From assembly GCA_945861645.1 (NCBI GenBank), contig CAMAVZ010000048.1, positions 1 through 12,666 of the forward strand: 12,666 nt of DNA, written 5' to 3'. The notes beneath the pieces are model-generated. The model made no database searches and was not told the DNA's origin. It worked only from the letters and a program-made list of their open reading frames with translations. Shown one piece after another: positions 10,142 to 12,666 of this stretch (its first letter is position 1; the number at the start of each line of letters is the position of its first letter). Origin of the DNA: Opitutus sp. GAS368 (GTDB taxonomy: Bacteria; Verrucomicrobiota; Verrucomicrobiia; Opitutales; Opitutaceae). Both the position numbers and the translations under genes were made by a program.

Positions 10142-11202
10142 GCACGCTCCTGACGCCCACTTCCGTTGCAGAGTTCGCCGAGGCGATCCGCGCTCATCCA
10201 GCGGTGCTGGCGATCGGCGCGCAAACTAAGCCCCGCCTCTCAGCAGTGAACGATGAGGTGGTTCGTTTATCTACCCTCAAACTCAGTGGCATCGTCGAAT
10301 ACGAACCTGATGAATATACTTTTACCGCTCGCGCCGGCACTCGGCTTAGCGATCTTGCGGCCACACTCGCGGAGAAAGGCCAGTATCTGCCCTTCGATCC
10401 GCCGCTCGGGGGCAGCGGCGCCACGCTGGGCGGCACGGTGGCGGCAGGACTGAGCGGACCTGGACGTTTTCGCTACGGTGGCCTGCGTGATTTTATTTTA
10501 GGGGTGCAATTTATCGATGGCGCCGGCCGCACCCTCCGCCTGGGCGGCAAGGTCGTTAAGAATGCGGCGGGATTTGATCTACCTAAATTCTTTGTCGGCA
10601 GCCTCGGTCGCTACGGGGTACTCACTGAATTAACGCTCAAAGTTTTCCCGCGTCCCGCCCGTGCGCTCACGCTTCGCCTGCCAGTTGCGACAACCAGCGC
10701 CGCCGTGGATATACTTACCACCGTCGGCCGCAGCCGATGGGAGGCCGAAGCCGTCGATATTAACCCGCACGGTGATGCCGTAATCGTGCGTTTAGCTGGT
10801 CCGGCCGAATCGCTATCAATCATCGCTCAAGAAATTCTTAAGCATTGGCCCGGCGAAATCCTGACAGAAATTGGAGCTAGGCAAATTTGGCACGAGCTCG
10901 CCGAATTCAGCTGGGCGGAGGCCAGCCACTCGCTGTTAAAATTAGCCATCACCCCCACTCAAATTCCCGCTCTGCTCACCGCCACCCGACAGTACGGCGG
11001 ACGAGCGCACATTAGCGCCGGCGGCAATCTGGCTTTAGTTGCCCTGCCCGCGGGCGTCGAGCCCACGAATCTGGGTCTACCGTCGCTCATGCTCCGCGGA
11101 GTAGGTCCACTTTGGTCGCGAGCAGTTTTACCGCGCCCAACTATTTTTGCAGCGGTGAAAGCAGCGCTGGATCCGGAAAATCGTTTCCCCTTGGACAACT
11201 AA
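10138..11202 (+). CDS. glcE: Glycolate oxidase FAD-binding subunit GlcE
   Basis: [42 protein letters not shown]...[21 protein letters not shown]...GSLG, KAALDP. ATGA overlap with the glcD stop. Confidence 0.92.
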   Translation: MSTLLTPTSVAEFAEAIRAHPAVLAIGAQTKPRLSAVNDEVVRLSTLKLSGIVEYEPDEYTFTARAGTRLSDLAATLAEKGQYLPFDPPLGGSGATLGGTVAAGLSGPGRFRYGGLRDFILGVQFIDGAGRTLRLGGKVVKNAAGFDLPKFFVGSLGRYGVLTELTLKVFPRPARALTLRLPVATTSAAVDILTTVGRSRWEAEAVDINPHGDAVIVRLAGPAESLSIIAQEILKHWPGEILTEIGARQIWHELAEFSWAEASHSLLKLAITPTQIPALLTATRQYGGRAHISAGGNLALVALPAGVEPTNLGLPSLMLRGVGPLWSRAVLPRPTIFAAVKAALDPENRFPLDN

Positions 11203-11203
11203 A

Positions 11204-12460
11204 ATGCTGCATAAAATAAATTCTTCTGCGCATGGTTCGCTCGGAGCCCCCATGGCGCAGGCGGTTGATGCCTGCGTGCATTGCGGTTTTTGCCTAGCAG
11301 CGTGCCCGACCTATGGAGCGCTCGGCCAAGAGATGGACTCGCCGCGCGGCCGGATCGTTCTGATGAAAGAAGTTTTAGAAGGCACGCTGCCCTGGGTAGC
11401 CGCCCAACCGCACGTCGATCGCTGCCTCGGTTGTCTCGCTTGCGAGCCCGCTTGCCCCAGCGGGGTTCCCTATCGCGACCTCATCAGTCCGTTTCGCGCT
11501 GAGGCCCAAGCTAAATTTACGCGACCGTTGATCGAAAGACTCCGTCGCTGGCTCGCCGCGCAAACGATTCCATATCCAGCTAGATTCCGGGCAGCGGCCA
11601 TCGTTGGTCGCTCATTTTATTTTCTCCGTCCCCTCATTCCTCGCGCCCTGCGGCCCATGTTAGATTTGATCCCCGCCACCTTGCCGCCCGCCGAATCGTG
11701 GGGTGAAGTAACTCCGGCGATTGGCCCGCGCCGCGCTCGCGTCGCGCTGCTGACCGGTTGCGCCCAGCAGGTGCTCGCCCCCGATATCAATACCGCGACG
11801 ATTGCGGTCCTGACGCAGCAGGGCGTCGAAGTAGTGGTCCCACGTGAGCAAGGTTGCTGCGGCGGCTTAGCTTGGCACACCGGCGACCGTAAGGCGGCGC
11901 AGGCTTTTGCGCGGCGCAATCTCGCAGCTTTTCCGACTGAGGTTGACGCTATTCTCACCAACGCGGCGGGGTGCGGCTCGGCCATGCACGAATATCATTT
12001 AATTTTAAGTGGCACCCCCGATGAAGCGCGCGCCGAAGCTTTTCGTCATCGCGTCCAAGACGTCAGTTTATTTCTAGCCAAACTCGGCTGGCGCCAGCCC
12101 ACGGGTTCACCACAAAAAAAGCTCCGCGTCGCCTACCACGATGCCTGCCACCTCGCCAATGCCCAGGGGGTACGCGCCGAACCGCGGGCATTGCTCGCCA
12201 CCATTCCCGGCATCGAGCTGCTCGAGCTCCCTGATGCGCATCTTTGTTGCGGCAGCGCCGGCACGTATAATTTGGATCAGCCGGCTCTAGCGGCTGAGCT
12301 CGGTGCGCAAAAAGCTCGGGCCATCATCGCCACCGGTGCCGAAGTTTTAGCCTCCGGCAACATCGGCTGCCTAACCCAACTTGACGCTCACCTCCAGCAA
12401 CTTGGCTCGCCGATTCGCGTACGGCACACCATGCAGATTCTTCGCGACGCTTACCGGTAG
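11204..12460 (+). CDS. glcF: Glycolate oxidase iron-sulfur subunit GlcF
   Basis: Two 4Fe-4S motifs (CVHCGFCLAACP and CLGCLACEPACP), DSPRGRI, and two CCG domains (GCCGG/AAGCG and YHDACH/CCGSAG/NIGC). Starts 1 nt after the glcE stop. Confidence 0.93.
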   Translation: MLHKINSSAHGSLGAPMAQAVDACVHCGFCLAACPTYGALGQEMDSPRGRIVLMKEVLEGTLPWVAAQPHVDRCLGCLACEPACPSGVPYRDLISPFRAEAQAKFTRPLIERLRRWLAAQTIPYPARFRAAAIVGRSFYFLRPLIPRALRPMLDLIPATLPPAESWGEVTPAIGPRRARVALLTGCAQQVLAPDINTATIAVLTQQGVEVVVPREQGCCGGLAWHTGDRKAAQAFARRNLAAFPTEVDAILTNAAGCGSAMHEYHLILSGTPDEARAEAFRHRVQDVSLFLAKLGWRQPTGSPQKKLRVAYHDACHLANAQGVRAEPRALLATIPGIELLELPDAHLCCGSAGTYNLDQPALAAELGAQKARAIIATGAEVLASGNIGCLTQLDAHLQQLGSPIRVRHTMQILRDAYR

Positions 12461-12468
12461 AGTTCACC

Positions 12469-12666
12469 TCAATGGCCTGGAATCATCCCCGTCCACACGT
12501 AAGCCTGCAGAAAGACAAGCAAGCCGACCAGTAAGGCGAGACCAACACTGTGCCAAAAAACAGAGCGCAATACCGTGCCAGCATCTGGGCTGTCTGGATA
12601 GCCACCGGTCGCGACGCTCGCCACGACGATACTTTGCGCATCGATCATCTTGCCCATTACTCCGCC
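12469..12666 (-). CDS. C-terminal end of an L-lactate/glycolate permease (LctP/LldP/GlcA family); starts outside the window
   Basis: The frame is open to the window edge: [21 protein letters not shown]...[23 protein letters not shown]. This matches the LctP-family GGxxGKMIxxQSI motif and the terminal LQAY helix. The ATG at 12657 is internal. Confidence 0.88.
   Translation of the reverse strand, partial: GGVMGKMIDAQSIVVASVATGGYPDSPDAGTVLRSVFWHSVGLALLVGLLVFLQAYVWTGMIPGH

Overview
A bacterial chromosomal window of moderately high GC, mostly housekeeping and central metabolism. It may be Opitutaceae/Verrucomicrobiota-like, but that is my impression from the hypothetical protein type and the lack of Shine-Dalgarno sites, not a demonstration. 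Left to right: (-) 5' end of a lipoprotein, probably an FKBP-type PPIase; (-) a secreted hypothetical protein with a Tyr/Pro-rich segment and a Gly/His-rich tail; (+) a Ski2/HelY-like DExH helicase of the DUF3516 type; (+) monomeric NADP-isocitrate dehydrogenase; (+) a glycolate-utilisation operon glcB-glcD-glcE-glcF; and (-) the 3' end of a convergent lactate/glycolate permease. I see no mobile element, CRISPR array, tRNA/rRNA or defence system, and I cannot claim a new biological system. The most interesting unexplained signals are non-coding. The 306-bp icd-glcB spacer holds a multi-stem structure, a candidate -10/GntR-type site and a 28-codon uORF whose stop overlaps the glcB start. There are also hairpins upstream of icd, an inverted-repeat pair bracketing a sigma70 promoter, a perfect 23-bp palindrome, and a degenerate ~43-nt motif shared by two intergenic regions 6 kb apart.
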